This document shows positions 1-9,843 of a stretch of 32,376 bases of DNA, in pieces. The notes beneath the pieces were generated by a model. That model did no database searches. It saw only the letters and a list, made by a program, of their open reading frames with translations, and had not been told where the DNA came from. Both the position numbers and the translations under genes were made by a program. Each line of letters opens with the position of its first letter. The stretch's first letter is position 1. Source of the stretch: a virus; the IMG/VR virus record IMGVR_UViG_3300029526_000003, positions 1 to 32,376 of that record; one strand, given 5' to 3'.

Positions 1-444
1 TATGAAAAGGTATTAGAGTTAAGAAAAATATTAGAATCTGTATCTGATAAGATTATTCCTGTATGGCATAAGAACAGAGGAATACAAGACTTCAAAGATA
101 TGTGTAAGAAATATCAAGGTAAGGTCGTAGCAATTACAGGATTCAAGAATGAAGATATTAAAGATGAACAATACATTATGTTCTTGAAATATGCAAAGAA
201 ATATAATTGCAAGGTCCATTGCCTTGGTATGACAAGAAAAAAGATATTAGATAAAGTCCCGTTTGATTATTGTGATTCTAGTTCATGGGTACAACAATCA
301 GTTTATGGGCGTATCAATGGATTAGGTAAAGTTTCAAGAGAAATGTCAAGGACAAATAGAGAACAAGTAATGATAGAGAATTATAAGCAATTTATGCAAA
401 TGCAAGAAAAATATGAACAAAAATGGAGGAACGTGAATAAATAG
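1..444 (+). CDS. dpdA: DpdA-like DNA-guanine transglycosylase (TGT fold), C-terminal part; 5' end cut by the window edge
   Basis: Frame 1 is open from nt 1 to TAG 442-444. HCLGMT and PFDYCDSSSW resemble the TGT/DpdA G-x-G segment and catalytic-Asp segment. The matching N-terminal half (IIDSGAHSF) lies at the right window edge. Confidence 0.6.
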   Translation, partial: YEKVLELRKILESVSDKIIPVWHKNRGIQDFKDMCKKYQGKVVAITGFKNEDIKDEQYIMFLKYAKKYNCKVHCLGMTRKKILDKVPFDYCDSSSWVQQSVYGRINGLGKVSREMSRTNREQVMIENYKQFMQMQEKYEQKWRNVNK

Positions 445-892
445 AAATAAGACGATAGCTTTTAATGCAGTAATGTGTGCATTGTATGTTGTAGCAACGA
501 CAATTAACCCAATCGGATATGGAGTATTTCAATTTAGGGTTAGTGAACTAATGACAGTGTTTCCTGTTCACTTCAAAAAAGCACGTATCGGATTGCTTTT
601 AGGAGTAGCAATAGCAAATGCAATGAGTCCTTTAGGCTTTATAGATGTATTTTGTGGGACATTAACGGCAGGATTATTGTATTACCTAATTGATAGACTA
701 CCGGTACACAATTACATCAAATACATTCTATATTCATTAGAAGTAGGATTAATTATTGGTTGGGAATTACAGTTGGTATATCATATGCCATTCTTATTAA
801 CATTCTTTACTACATTTATTCCGGAAATGATTCTATGTATTATCGGTGATTTATTAGCAAAGAAATTAAAGCATTATGTAAGTATTGATTAG
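437..892 (+). CDS. queT: QueT-like queuosine-precursor (preQ0/preQ1) transporter, ECF S-component type
   Basis: AFNAVMCALYVVATT...GVFQFRVSELMTVFP matches the QueT signature as I recall it, and the protein is multi-TM. The first ATG (473) has no SD and truncates TM1. GGAGG 425-429 plus 7 nt points to ATA 437, the first codon after in-frame TGA 434-436. Confidence 0.7.
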   Translation: MNRNKTIAFNAVMCALYVVATTINPIGYGVFQFRVSELMTVFPVHFKKARIGLLLGVAIANAMSPLGFIDVFCGTLTAGLLYYLIDRLPVHNYIKYILYSLEVGLIIGWELQLVYHMPFLLTFFTTFIPEMILCIIGDLLAKKLKHYVSID

Positions 893-905
893 AGGTGATA
901 AACAC

Positions 906-1274
906 ATGGCAAGAAAAAAGCTTATTAATCAAAAACAGTTTGAAGCTTTATGTGAAATTCAATGTACAAAAGATGAAATCTGTTCAGTGCTAGATGTATC
1001 AGACAAAACATTAGACAGATGGTGTAAAGAAACATATAAAACGTCATTCTCCGATATTTTCAGACAAAAAAGGCAAGGTGGGTGTGCAAGCCTTAGAGCA
1101 AAGCAGTGGAAACTAGCTTCAAAGAGTCCTGCTATGGCTATTTTCTTAGGTAAACAATTCTTAGGTCAAACGGATAAGGTAGAAACACATTTTGACGCTT
1201 CAGAAGTAAATGCAATTAATAAAGCTATGATTACAGATGTAGCAAAAGAAAGAAGAATTGAAGATTTTGAATAA
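906..1274 (+). CDS. terminase small subunit (HTH type)
   Basis: GAGGTG plus 7 nt precedes ATG 906. The N-terminal HTH-like segment (FEALCEIQCTKDEICSVLDVSDKTLDRWCK) and the position directly before terL are typical. The track's TTG 885 extension has no SD. Confidence 0.7.
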   Translation: MARKKLINQKQFEALCEIQCTKDEICSVLDVSDKTLDRWCKETYKTSFSDIFRQKRQGGCASLRAKQWKLASKSPAMAIFLGKQFLGQTDKVETHFDASEVNAINKAMITDVAKERRIEDFE

Positions 1275-2592
1275 GCCTGCGCCTTTCAATCAAAAGCAAT
1301 TAACTTATCTTAAAAAGACATTTAATTCATGGCTTAATGTATTAGAAGGTGGTAAGCGTGGAGGAAAGAACGTACTCAACACATACGCTTTCTGTATCGC
1401 TTTAGAAACACATCCGGATAAGTTCCATTTGATAGCAGGAACAGATACATCATCTGCACGTGTAAATATTGGAGATTGCAACGGATACGGATTGCAGAAC
1501 TATTTCGCTAACAGGTTCAAAGTAGGAAAGTATGAAGGTAAAGACTGCTACTACATCAATACAAAGGCGGGTGAAAAGGTTGTATTCTTTGCCGGTGGTG
1601 CTAAAAAAGGTTCAGAGAATGCAATACATGGTTATTCTTATGGAATGGCATACGTTACAGAAGCAAACCTTTGTTGCATAGAGTTTTTACAAGAAGTGAT
1701 GGATAGAACGATAGCGTCAAGCAATCGAAAGATATTTCATGATTTAAACCCAAAAGGCAAAAATCATTGGTATTATACAGATTTCTTACAGTATCATGAG
1801 GAGCAACAGAATAAAGATTCTACATATGGTTACAACTACGGGCATACCACCTTAGTTGACAATTATTCTTTAAGTGATGAGAAGATAATAACAGTCTTGA
1901 AATCATACGATAAGAATAGCGTTTACTACAAAAGGGACATAAAAGGACAAAGGGAAGAAGCCGAAGGACTTGTGTTCCCTTATTTTGCTAATGACTGCAA
2001 ACCTTACCTATTTAAATATCAGAGTCTAAAAGAAAAGATGAATGAAAAAGGAAAAAGGTTCAGTCATTTAATCATTGGAGTTGACTTTGGAGACAATGGC
2101 TCGAAATACTCGTGGCACTTAACAGGATTCACAAATGATTGGGATTATATGTGGGCACTTGATGAAGGAGACATGGCAAAGTCAAATGCAATAGACGCAA
2201 CAAAGTTCTGCAAAGCATTTGTAAGATTCTATAAGCGTTGTATTGAATGTTACGGGTATGTTGAGTGGATATTCTGCGATAGTGCTTCTAATACACTTAT
2301 AAACACGCTTAGAGCTTATTTTTACGCCGAAGGATTAGACGGTAGTATAATTGCACCGGTAAAGAAGAATGAGCTTACAGACCGTCCTATAACGGTTGAT
2401 AGCTTACTTGTTACAGGAAGATTGAAGATAGAAGAACATTGTAAGAACTTAATAAACGCATTGAGTGAATTAGTTTGGGATGAAAAGAAAGATATCCCAA
2501 AGGATGAGAACGTAAACAATATCAATGATGATTGGGATTCGTTCTGCTATACATTTATCACACATAGTGGATATATAGATTTAAGGAGGTAA
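1258..2592 (+). CDS. terminase large subunit (PBSX/Terminase_3-like)
   Basis: 444 aa with a Walker-A-like GGKRGGKN near the N-terminus. The TTG start overlaps the terS end. Followed by the portal gene. Confidence 0.8.
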   Translation: MKILNKPAPFNQKQLTYLKKTFNSWLNVLEGGKRGGKNVLNTYAFCIALETHPDKFHLIAGTDTSSARVNIGDCNGYGLQNYFANRFKVGKYEGKDCYYINTKAGEKVVFFAGGAKKGSENAIHGYSYGMAYVTEANLCCIEFLQEVMDRTIASSNRKIFHDLNPKGKNHWYYTDFLQYHEEQQNKDSTYGYNYGHTTLVDNYSLSDEKIITVLKSYDKNSVYYKRDIKGQREEAEGLVFPYFANDCKPYLFKYQSLKEKMNEKGKRFSHLIIGVDFGDNGSKYSWHLTGFTNDWDYMWALDEGDMAKSNAIDATKFCKAFVRFYKRCIECYGYVEWIFCDSASNTLINTLRAYFYAEGLDGSIIAPVKKNELTDRPITVDSLLVTGRLKIEEHCKNLINALSELVWDEKKDIPKDENVNNINDDWDSFCYTFITHSGYIDLRR

Positions 2593-2595
2593 GAA

Positions 2596-3999
2596 ATAGA
2601 AACATCTAACATACGTAATCCGTGGTTTCAGAATTACCTAAACAATAGAGGGTATTTTGTAGATACAAACGCAATTGAAATTATTGAATTGTGTAATAAG
2701 TGGTATACAAATACCGAAACAGAATTTCATACGGCATACACCTTGAATAATGAGGAATACACATTGGACAAAACAGACTTTGCAAAGCGTTTGTGCGAGG
2801 ATGACGCAAACCTTATTGAAATCCTAGATATAAACGCTACAGAGGATAGCGTTACAAATGATATTATTTCAGACATTCTAAACAAGAATAGATTTGATGT
2901 AATGTATAGGAAACAAGTTGAGCAAATGTCTGCAAACGGTACGGTAGGAGCTTATGTGACGGTATCAAATGCCGAAATTTATGAAGATGGTTCATTTAGT
3001 GGAGGAGAAATCAGAATTAATTATTGTGATTCAATGAATATCCTTCCGTTAACTGTTATCAATGACGAAATTGTGGAAGTTGCTTTCGTTGGGGTAAATT
3101 ACGAAAAACTAAAAAAAGTATATGTCATGGTCATGTTCTTAAAAGGACAAGACGAAAGATATATTGCAGAAACACATTATTTTAAGGAAACAGGCGAAGA
3201 AATAAAAGACCGTGCTCAGATTGTTCAATTAGATGTGGTTAAGCCGTTTGCAATTATGAGAAACGCAAAGGTAAACAACTTACAAATGCAAGGGTACGGC
3301 TTACCTAAAATTTGGAGCGCAATCGCTCCGCTAAAAACAATTGACTTAACAATGACAATGTGGAACAGAGATTTATTGAAATCAGATAAAATCGTTCTTG
3401 TGAATGAAGCATTAATGCAGAAAGACGAGAATGGAAAGATTAAAATGAATCCACAAATGAAAAAGATATTCGTTCAGTTAGGTAGAGACAAGTTACCGGA
3501 AGAAAAAGCTTTATGGCAAGAATATAATCCAACAGTTAGAACGGCAGAAGTTGTTCAATCGCTAGAAACGGCGTTAAGTATCTTATCAATGATGTTTGGA
3601 TTTGGTACAAAAAAATACACGTTTGAAAGTGGAAGGATTGTCACTGCTACCGAATATATTGGTGAGAATCAAGACGCAATGAAAGAAGTTAACTCACAAC
3701 GTAAAGAATCTACTGCATATATTCAAGACATTATTCAAGCAATAGCGTACTTCTATGAATTAACGCAAGGCAGAAAACTTAATATTAATTCATTAGACAT
3801 TGCTATTGATTATGACGATACATATGTCGAGGATAAACAAAGCACGGCACAAGCGTTAAGGAATGACGCATTAACATTTGATATTCCAAGATTAAAAATC
3901 ATGTACTTTATGAAACAATACGGTTTCACAGAAGAAGAAGCAACGGAGTTATTAAATGAAGAAATTCAAGATGATGGAGAGGGGGATGACGAAGAATAG
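2596..3999 (+). CDS. portal protein (SPP1 gp6-like)
   Basis: Size, position after terL and an acidic C-terminus fit a portal. AAGGAGG 2583-2589 plus 6 nt gives ATA 2596. There are 31 in-frame sense codons with no ATG/GTG/TTG before the SD-less TTG 2689. Confidence 0.8.
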   Translation: METSNIRNPWFQNYLNNRGYFVDTNAIEIIELCNKWYTNTETEFHTAYTLNNEEYTLDKTDFAKRLCEDDANLIEILDINATEDSVTNDIISDILNKNRFDVMYRKQVEQMSANGTVGAYVTVSNAEIYEDGSFSGGEIRINYCDSMNILPLTVINDEIVEVAFVGVNYEKLKKVYVMVMFLKGQDERYIAETHYFKETGEEIKDRAQIVQLDVVKPFAIMRNAKVNNLQMQGYGLPKIWSAIAPLKTIDLTMTMWNRDLLKSDKIVLVNEALMQKDENGKIKMNPQMKKIFVQLGRDKLPEEKALWQEYNPTVRTAEVVQSLETALSILSMMFGFGTKKYTFESGRIVTATEYIGENQDAMKEVNSQRKESTAYIQDIIQAIAYFYELTQGRKLNINSLDIAIDYDDTYVEDKQSTAQALRNDALTFDIPRLKIMYFMKQYGFTEEEATELLNEEIQDDGEGDDEE

Positions 4000-4769
4000 C
4001 AACTACATATTTTCCATTCGTCTCAAGAAATGGCGATAGATTAGTATTATATGACGCTTTCAGAAAGCTATTCTCAAGCTACTTTACAAATGGAGTGTTC
4101 GTAGATGATTCTAGTTCAGACCATTTAAGAGTTGAGAAAGCTCAAGGCTTAACATTAACAGTTAAGGCAGGACGAGCGAATATTAATGGAGCATTCTATT
4201 GGCAGAAAGATGACGAAACCATCACACTAGAAAAGAATACTGCAACTAAAAGCTACAACATCATTCTTAGATTGAATGACAATGACTCATACAGAAATAT
4301 TACATTAGTAGCAAGTGATATCAATGATGGAATAACAAGAAGTGATTCTATTTATGATTTAGTATTAGCTACGGTTACAGTAACAGGTAATGCAAGCGAA
4401 ATTAAAGGTTCAGATATTACTGATACAAGATTAGATTCTACGCGTTGTGGAGCAGTTACGAGCGCTATTAAGAGCGTGCAATCGTTGGATTTATTTACTC
4501 AAATCACTGAGCTATTCAAAGAAATTAAGGCTCAGAATGAATCTGAAATGAATGCAAATAGAACAGAGTTCAACGATTGGTTTGAAACTGTAAAAGATAC
4601 ATTGGATGAGAATACGGCAGGTAAGTTATCGAACAGAATTTCAAATATTGAAAAGATGATTATGGAGAACCATTTCACCACAATTCTATTAACGGAAGAT
4701 GGAACGCTAGTAGATGAGAATGGTCATGAGATTCTAGCGGATTGGAAATATAAAGTAAAGGAGGAATAG
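3996..4769 (+). CDS. phage structural, fiber-like protein (YFPF...GDR N-terminal family)
   Basis: The N-terminus (I/M)ATTYFPFVSRNGDRLVLYDAFRKLFSSYFTNGVF is typical of a Firmicutes phage fiber/structural family. It is only encoded if translation starts at ATA 3996, which overlaps the portal TAG (ATAG). The track start GTG 4095 removes 33 conserved codons. Confidence 0.65.
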   Translation: MATTYFPFVSRNGDRLVLYDAFRKLFSSYFTNGVFVDDSSSDHLRVEKAQGLTLTVKAGRANINGAFYWQKDDETITLEKNTATKSYNIILRLNDNDSYRNITLVASDINDGITRSDSIYDLVLATVTVTGNASEIKGSDITDTRLDSTRCGAVTSAIKSVQSLDLFTQITELFKEIKAQNESEMNANRTEFNDWFETVKDTLDENTAGKLSNRISNIEKMIMENHFTTILLTEDGTLVDENGHEILADWKYKVKEE

Positions 4770-4772
4770 AGA

Positions 4773-5690
4773 ATGGCAGGAAGACAAGTTACAGAATTAG
4801 ATACATTGCCTAGCTTCGCGGATACAAGTTTATTACCCGTACATAATGGAGCAGGATTAAAAAAAGGAACATTATCACAGTTATCAAACTATATAGGAAC
4901 TAAATTTAGTAACCCAAATTTATTGATTAATCCTGATTTTAAAATCAATCAGAGAGGGCAAAGCACATACACCGCAGAAAATACTGTAACTTATACAGTA
5001 GACAGATGGAAAGCTTGGCACGTTACAGTTAATATAAACGAAAAAGGATATATTAATATTGCAAATAATGAACACCAAGATGAAGGGATACTTAGGCAAC
5101 AATTAGAGACCGCAATTGATGGGCCTTCTACATTATCATGCTATGTAGAATCAGTAAGTGGGACGGTAAAATTAGAAGTACCCAAAAGTAGTTCAAAAAT
5201 AATTTTGAAGCAAGGATTAAACATTCTTCATACAGATGATAATGTAGATTCCTTTAAAATCACACTTGTTCGAGGCAGTAATGTGACTTTAAAGTGGGCT
5301 AAATTAGAGAAAGGTTCAATTGCCACGGCATTTGTAGAGCCTAATATGGCAGAAGAGATAACTAAGTGTAAGCGTTATTTTCAAGTATTAAATGTATTTG
5401 AAGGGTTTGTTGGTTCAGTATCATATTGGAATTTATATACGAAATTTTATGTCGGTGCTATGCGTACAACATCACCAACAATTACCGCTAATGTATCATC
5501 CGCAACAATTAATTTAAGTGGAGATAACACGGACAGAAAATTACAACTAGGCAATATCATTACACCGACAATGTATTTAAACGAATTAATAATCACGCAC
5601 AAGTCTGCAACAAATTTTGGATATAGCGCATTTAGTGCTTGTATATTTAGAAGTGCTATCATTTATAATGTAGACGCAGAAATCTATTAG
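4773..5690 (+). CDS. tail-fiber / receptor-binding-like protein
   Basis: AAGGAGGA SD plus ATG. The N-terminus TELDTLPSFADTSLLPVHNG..KKGTLSQLSNYI and NLLINPDFKINQRG are motifs common in phage fiber/RBP proteins. Confidence 0.6.
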   Translation: MAGRQVTELDTLPSFADTSLLPVHNGAGLKKGTLSQLSNYIGTKFSNPNLLINPDFKINQRGQSTYTAENTVTYTVDRWKAWHVTVNINEKGYINIANNEHQDEGILRQQLETAIDGPSTLSCYVESVSGTVKLEVPKSSSKIILKQGLNILHTDDNVDSFKITLVRGSNVTLKWAKLEKGSIATAFVEPNMAEEITKCKRYFQVLNVFEGFVGSVSYWNLYTKFYVGAMRTTSPTITANVSSATINLSGDNTDRKLQLGNIITPTMYLNELIITHKSATNFGYSAFSACIFRSAIIYNVDAEIY

Positions 5691-5699
5691 GAGGAAGCT

Positions 5700-6044
5700 A
5701 TGAACGAATATAAAGTATACGTATCCTTGTCAAACGGATACATCACATCTATTAATTCAGAAATCTTCTTATCACAAGAAGAAATTGACACAATGACAGA
5801 GATTGATAAGGGGCAAGGCGATAAATACGCTCATGCTCAAAGCCAATACCTAGAAAAAGGATTAGTTGATGAACAAGGTCGATACAATTATAAATTTGTA
5901 GAAGGTAAAGTAATTGAGGTTGCAGAAGCAGAAAAGCCTACAATTGAAGAACCAAAAGCAGTACCAACCGAGCAAGAGAAGATTAATGCACAATTAATGT
6001 TACAAATTGCACAGTTAAAAGCTCAAATGAATGGGGTGAAGTAG
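5700..6044 (+). CDS. XkdW-like small fiber-associated protein
   Basis: TAGGAGGAAG SD plus ATG. About 114 aa, located directly upstream of an XkdX-like ORF as in PBSX-type fiber modules. Confidence 0.5.
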   Translation: MNEYKVYVSLSNGYITSINSEIFLSQEEIDTMTEIDKGQGDKYAHAQSQYLEKGLVDEQGRYNYKFVEGKVIEVAEAEKPTIEEPKAVPTEQEKINAQLMLQIAQLKAQMNGVK

Positions 6045-6045
6045 T

Positions 6046-6165
6046 ATGAGTTATGAATTAATCAAATCGTATTATGAATTAGGCTTATTTACAAAGAATG
6101 ATTTAGAAATCTTTGCTTCTATCGGTTGGATTACAGAAGCTCAGAGAAAAGAATTAATCAAATAG
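6046..6165 (+). CDS. XkdX-family small protein
   Basis: 39 aa, MSYELIKSYYELGLFTKNDLEIFASIGWITEAQRKELIK, matches the XkdX pattern (..Y....G.yt..d...fV..g.IT..e...I). Below the ORF-track length cutoff. Confidence 0.6.
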   Translation: MSYELIKSYYELGLFTKNDLEIFASIGWITEAQRKELIK

Positions 6166-6181
6166 GCTTTAGAAACGTTTT

Positions 6182-6204
6182 AAAGGGCATTTAAGCCCTT
6201 TTTC
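6182..6204 (+). terminator. intrinsic terminator after the fiber-like module
   Basis: AAAGGGC-atttaa-GCCCTTT hairpin followed by a T run. Confidence 0.6.
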
Positions 6205-6221
6205 TATATGGGGGTATATAA

Positions 6222-7406
6222 ATGTTAAGTGAAGAAGAACAAAGAGAACAAGAGCGTAAAAAAAGGCAAGAAGAAAGGAAGCAAGAACGCCTACAAAAGC
6301 AAATTGAGAAAAGAAGAAAGCTTGAAGAAAGAGAAAGAAGAAGTGTAAAGCGTGCTAGTGTATTTGAATTAGGCATGATGATATTCGTATCTAATAAAAT
6401 TCGTGAAGTGCTAGAAAAAAGTACCGAAGAAAATGCAAATTTTAATACGATATTGGCAAAATCACTCGTAGATTTGCGTAAATTCACAAAAAAAGAATCA
6501 AAAAGTCTAAAAAAAGATGTAATTAAGGAATCTAAAAAGGACTTTGAAGAAAATAAGCAAGGAACATTAGAGTTGATTCAAGAAGCAACCAAAAAAAAGA
6601 TGGATAGAAACCTTGCAAAACATATTGCTTATGTAAATCCACAAAAAGATACTGCAAAGCGTTGGAAGAAATACATCAAATCAAGTACAAACACGTATGC
6701 AATCGGTAAAGATAAACTACCGGTATTCTTTACGAAGGTAGTTCAAGAAGAAGTTAAGAATGTAGTAGGTGGTAAATCCACAATTGATGATTCTTGTAGA
6801 AAAGCTATTTCAAAGTTAGCAAATAGTGGCGTAAAGATTGTGGAATATGATACAGGCGTTAAAAGAAATGTGGATGTATGGGTAAGGCAACAAATGCAGT
6901 ACGCAGAAAAGGAATCATCACAAGAAATTAACAATAAATGCGCTAAAAATATGGGAGTTACTGTATTCGAGTTTGACGCTCACGCAAACGCACGTCCAAG
7001 CCATAAGAAGTGGCAAGGAAAACGATATGATACGCAAGGGAAACTATATCCTAGCTTGTACGAATTAACACATGGAGAAGAAAAAGATTATGGATGTCGA
7101 CATTTTGCTCAACCGGTTTGGGATGTTGATATGCCTTACGCCTACACAAAAGAGCAGTTAAAGAATATTGATACCAAACCTTTCACATTCCAAGGAAAAG
7201 AATATGAAGGATATGAAGCTAGGCAGTATCAGAGGGAACTAGAAAGAAACATCAGAGCATTAAAAAGGGAAGTAATCTTATTGGACAATCAAGGATTAGG
7301 CAGTACAGAAGCCAAAATCAAGCTAAAACACGCAAATGCAGTATATAAAGCTTTCAGTTCTGAAATGGGAGATAGAGTTCACAACGATAGGCTTAGAATC
7401 GGCTAA
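6222..7406 (+). CDS. minor head morphogenesis protein (SPP1 gp7 / Mu F family)
   Basis: GGGGGT SD plus ATG. Lys/Glu-rich N-terminus and the C-terminal motif HANARPSHKKWQGKRY are typical of the gp7/MuF family. Confidence 0.7.
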   Translation: MLSEEEQREQERKKRQEERKQERLQKQIEKRRKLEERERRSVKRASVFELGMMIFVSNKIREVLEKSTEENANFNTILAKSLVDLRKFTKKESKSLKKDVIKESKKDFEENKQGTLELIQEATKKKMDRNLAKHIAYVNPQKDTAKRWKKYIKSSTNTYAIGKDKLPVFFTKVVQEEVKNVVGGKSTIDDSCRKAISKLANSGVKIVEYDTGVKRNVDVWVRQQMQYAEKESSQEINNKCAKNMGVTVFEFDAHANARPSHKKWQGKRYDTQGKLYPSLYELTHGEEKDYGCRHFAQPVWDVDMPYAYTKEQLKNIDTKPFTFQGKEYEGYEARQYQRELERNIRALKREVILLDNQGLGSTEAKIKLKHANAVYKAFSSEMGDRVHNDRLRIG

Positions 7407-7502
7407 AACGCTCACATTGTGAGCTATTATTCAAGCTAAAATATAGTTAGCCAAAGCCATACCGGAGAAGATTCGGTTTATAAATAACTTTAGGAGGGCA
7501 AA

Positions 7503-8087
7503 ATGAAAAACATTATTGAAATTTTAAAAGAATCAAACATTGAATTAACCAAAGAACAAGAGGACTCAATTACAAAGCTAGTAAATGACAACTATAAGAC
7601 GATTGCAGAGTTCGACAAGCAAAAAGAAAAGCTATCTTTAGCAGAGAATAATGCAAAGGAAATTCAAACAAAGTTTGATAATTTCAAAAAAAGCTATGAT
7701 GGGGTTGATGTAGAAGAATTGAAGAATAAAATCAATACATTGACGAATGATATTGATACCCAAAAGACTACATACGAAGCTCAGATTAGCAAAATGAATC
7801 TTGATTCTGTATTAAGTGCAAAAGCTAAAGAATACGGATGTAAAGATTTCGATTTAGCAAAATCACAATTCAATTATGATGATTTGCTTAAATCAAAAGA
7901 CCAAACAAATGATATTGACAAAGCTTTCAAAACTTTGAAAGAAAATAAGCCAATCTTATTTGAAGAAACACAAACTGAGCCTACTGTAAAAGGAAATATT
8001 GTTGGAAACAGTGGGCAAGGATCAAACCCAAACGCCGAAGATTTATTATTACGACAAGTAATGGGTTTAACTACAGAAAAGAAATAA
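7503..8087 (+). CDS. scaffolding protein
   Basis: TAGGAGGG SD plus ATG. Coiled-coil-rich 194 aa protein immediately upstream of the capsid gene. Confidence 0.65.
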   Translation: MKNIIEILKESNIELTKEQEDSITKLVNDNYKTIAEFDKQKEKLSLAENNAKEIQTKFDNFKKSYDGVDVEELKNKINTLTNDIDTQKTTYEAQISKMNLDSVLSAKAKEYGCKDFDLAKSQFNYDDLLKSKDQTNDIDKAFKTLKENKPILFEETQTEPTVKGNIVGNSGQGSNPNAEDLLLRQVMGLTTEKK

Positions 8088-8101
8088 GGAGGATTTAATT
8101 A

Positions 8102-8971
8102 ATACCAAATCAAATTGCATTAGCTAAAACGTATGTCTCAAATCTTGATGAGGTATATAAGTTAGCTTCAGTTACAGGTGATTTAAACGCAGACGCTACA
8201 ATGGTACGAGCCGGAGCAAATGCAAAAGAAATCATCTATCCACAAATTTCAGTCAAAGGTTTAGGAAACTACGACAGAAATAGTGGATATACATCAAATT
8301 CAGTTAAATTGGAATGGAAGACTGCTACATTTGATTACGATAGAGGAACAAAAATTGCGGTAGATACACAAGATAACGCAGAATCAATGAATATTGCGTT
8401 CGGTATGGCAGGAGCGGAATTAATGCGTACAAAAGTTGCACCGGAAGCAGACGCTTACACATTCGCTAAAATTGCTGGGACAACAGGAATCACAAAGGTT
8501 TCAGAAGACTACACAAGTGCAGAAGAGTTCTTAAGTGCATTGCTAAAAGCCATTACTAAGATGGATGAGGATGAGGTTCCCGGTGAACAACGTATCTTGT
8601 ATTCAACACCTACATTATTAAATAGCGTTAAGGCGTTGGATACATACAAATCACGTGAAGCTTTACAAGGATTCGCAAAAGTCGTTCCTGTACCATCAAC
8701 ACGTTTCTACACAAAGATTAAATTGTTAAGCGGAACAAGTACAGAAACAGACGGTGGATTTGCGAAAGCAGAAGATGGACACGCAATCAATTTCTTGATT
8801 GTTCATAAACCTGCCGTTATGAAATGGGATAAACACACTGTTTCAAATGTAATTCCGGCAAGCAATAACATTGAATCAGATTCAGATGTATTGAAATATC
8901 GCAAGTATGGAATTGTTGATGTATACGCAAATAAGGTAGCAGGTATCTATTTATCTGCTAGTGCAGAGTAA
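8102..8971 (+). CDS. major capsid protein
   Basis: AAGGAGG 8086-8092 plus 9 nt gives ATA 8102. The N-terminus (I/M)PNQIALAKTYVSNLDEVYKLASVT resembles Sfi11-type capsid N-termini. The first ATG (8201) lies 33 codons downstream and has no SD. Confidence 0.8.
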   Translation: MPNQIALAKTYVSNLDEVYKLASVTGDLNADATMVRAGANAKEIIYPQISVKGLGNYDRNSGYTSNSVKLEWKTATFDYDRGTKIAVDTQDNAESMNIAFGMAGAELMRTKVAPEADAYTFAKIAGTTGITKVSEDYTSAEEFLSALLKAITKMDEDEVPGEQRILYSTPTLLNSVKALDTYKSREALQGFAKVVPVPSTRFYTKIKLLSGTSTETDGGFAKAEDGHAINFLIVHKPAVMKWDKHTVSNVIPASNNIESDSDVLKYRKYGIVDVYANKVAGIYLSASAE

Positions 8972-9060
8972 TGGCAGTGGAAATCGGATGGGGTTATCCT
9001 TCTAAAAAAGGTAAAACTCAAACGAAAAAAGAGGGAACTAAACCCAAAAAAGAAAAATAG
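8971..9060 (+). CDS. small basic peptide (29 aa), hypothetical
   Basis: The ATG overlaps the capsid stop (TAATG). Lys-rich MAVEIGWGYPSKKGKTQTKKEGTKPKKEK. No family recognised. Confidence 0.3.
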   Translation: MAVEIGWGYPSKKGKTQTKKEGTKPKKEK

Positions 9061-9079
9061 CATTAAAGGGGGTTGTAAA

Positions 9080-9427
9080 ATGAACAATATCTTAGATTGG
9101 GAATATTACAATTCCCATTTTCCTAAATTCGATGAAAATCAATTCAATCAGTATTCTTACAAAGCCGAAGCAATGGTATTGAAGTATGTGAATGTTGATT
9201 CTATTAATGAACAGAATGAAAGTACTTTAAAAGATTGCATTTGTGATGTCTTAAACAATGTAATCTTTCAAGATTCAATTGATGGTGTATCAAGTATCTC
9301 AAACGGTGGATATTCCAAAAGCTTCATAAACACTACACACTCAGACAGAAGAAACACGCTTGAGGATATTATAGCCTTTTGGCTAGGCGATACAGATTTA
9401 ATGAAAGAAAGATGGATTGCATTATGA
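9080..9427 (+). CDS. head-tail connector/adaptor protein (putative)
   Basis: AAAGGGGG SD plus ATG. Size and position after the capsid gene fit. Confidence 0.55.
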   Translation: MNNILDWEYYNSHFPKFDENQFNQYSYKAEAMVLKYVNVDSINEQNESTLKDCICDVLNNVIFQDSIDGVSSISNGGYSKSFINTTHSDRRNTLEDIIAFWLGDTDLMKERWIAL

Positions 9428-9843
9428 TAGGATTCTTTGAAGATTCAATTACACTTGTTAATCACTACTACGATACATTGACGAGAGAAGATAGATTTCA
9501 AGCTTCTATACTTGATAAATGTATGTGGAGACAATCAACTGTTAGAACTGCAAACGGTAATATTCTGAGCATAGCCACATCCACAAATATTACCATTCTA
9601 TATCGTGAGGGATATGTTGAACCTTACGCATATGCGAAACTTTCAAATGATGAGAAGCAAAAGCATTTCACGTTAAATACAGATAAAACGGATTTCGTAT
9701 TCTTTGGAGAAGTTGAAGAGGATTTATCTAGTATTAAAGCAATAAATGAAGCTAAAAAGAAATACAAATGGACAACGATTCAAAGCGTAACAGATTGTAC
9801 GAATGTCGATATGTTGAAGCATTGGGAGGTTGTCGGTCAATAG
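9424..9843 (+). CDS. head closure / minor capsid protein (putative)
   Basis: ATGA start-stop overlap with the upstream gene. The track start 9379 is an in-frame extension inside the previous CDS. Confidence 0.55.
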   Translation: MIGFFEDSITLVNHYYDTLTREDRFQASILDKCMWRQSTVRTANGNILSIATSTNITILYREGYVEPYAYAKLSNDEKQKHFTLNTDKTDFVFFGEVEEDLSSIKAINEAKKKYKWTTIQSVTDCTNVDMLKHWEVVGQ

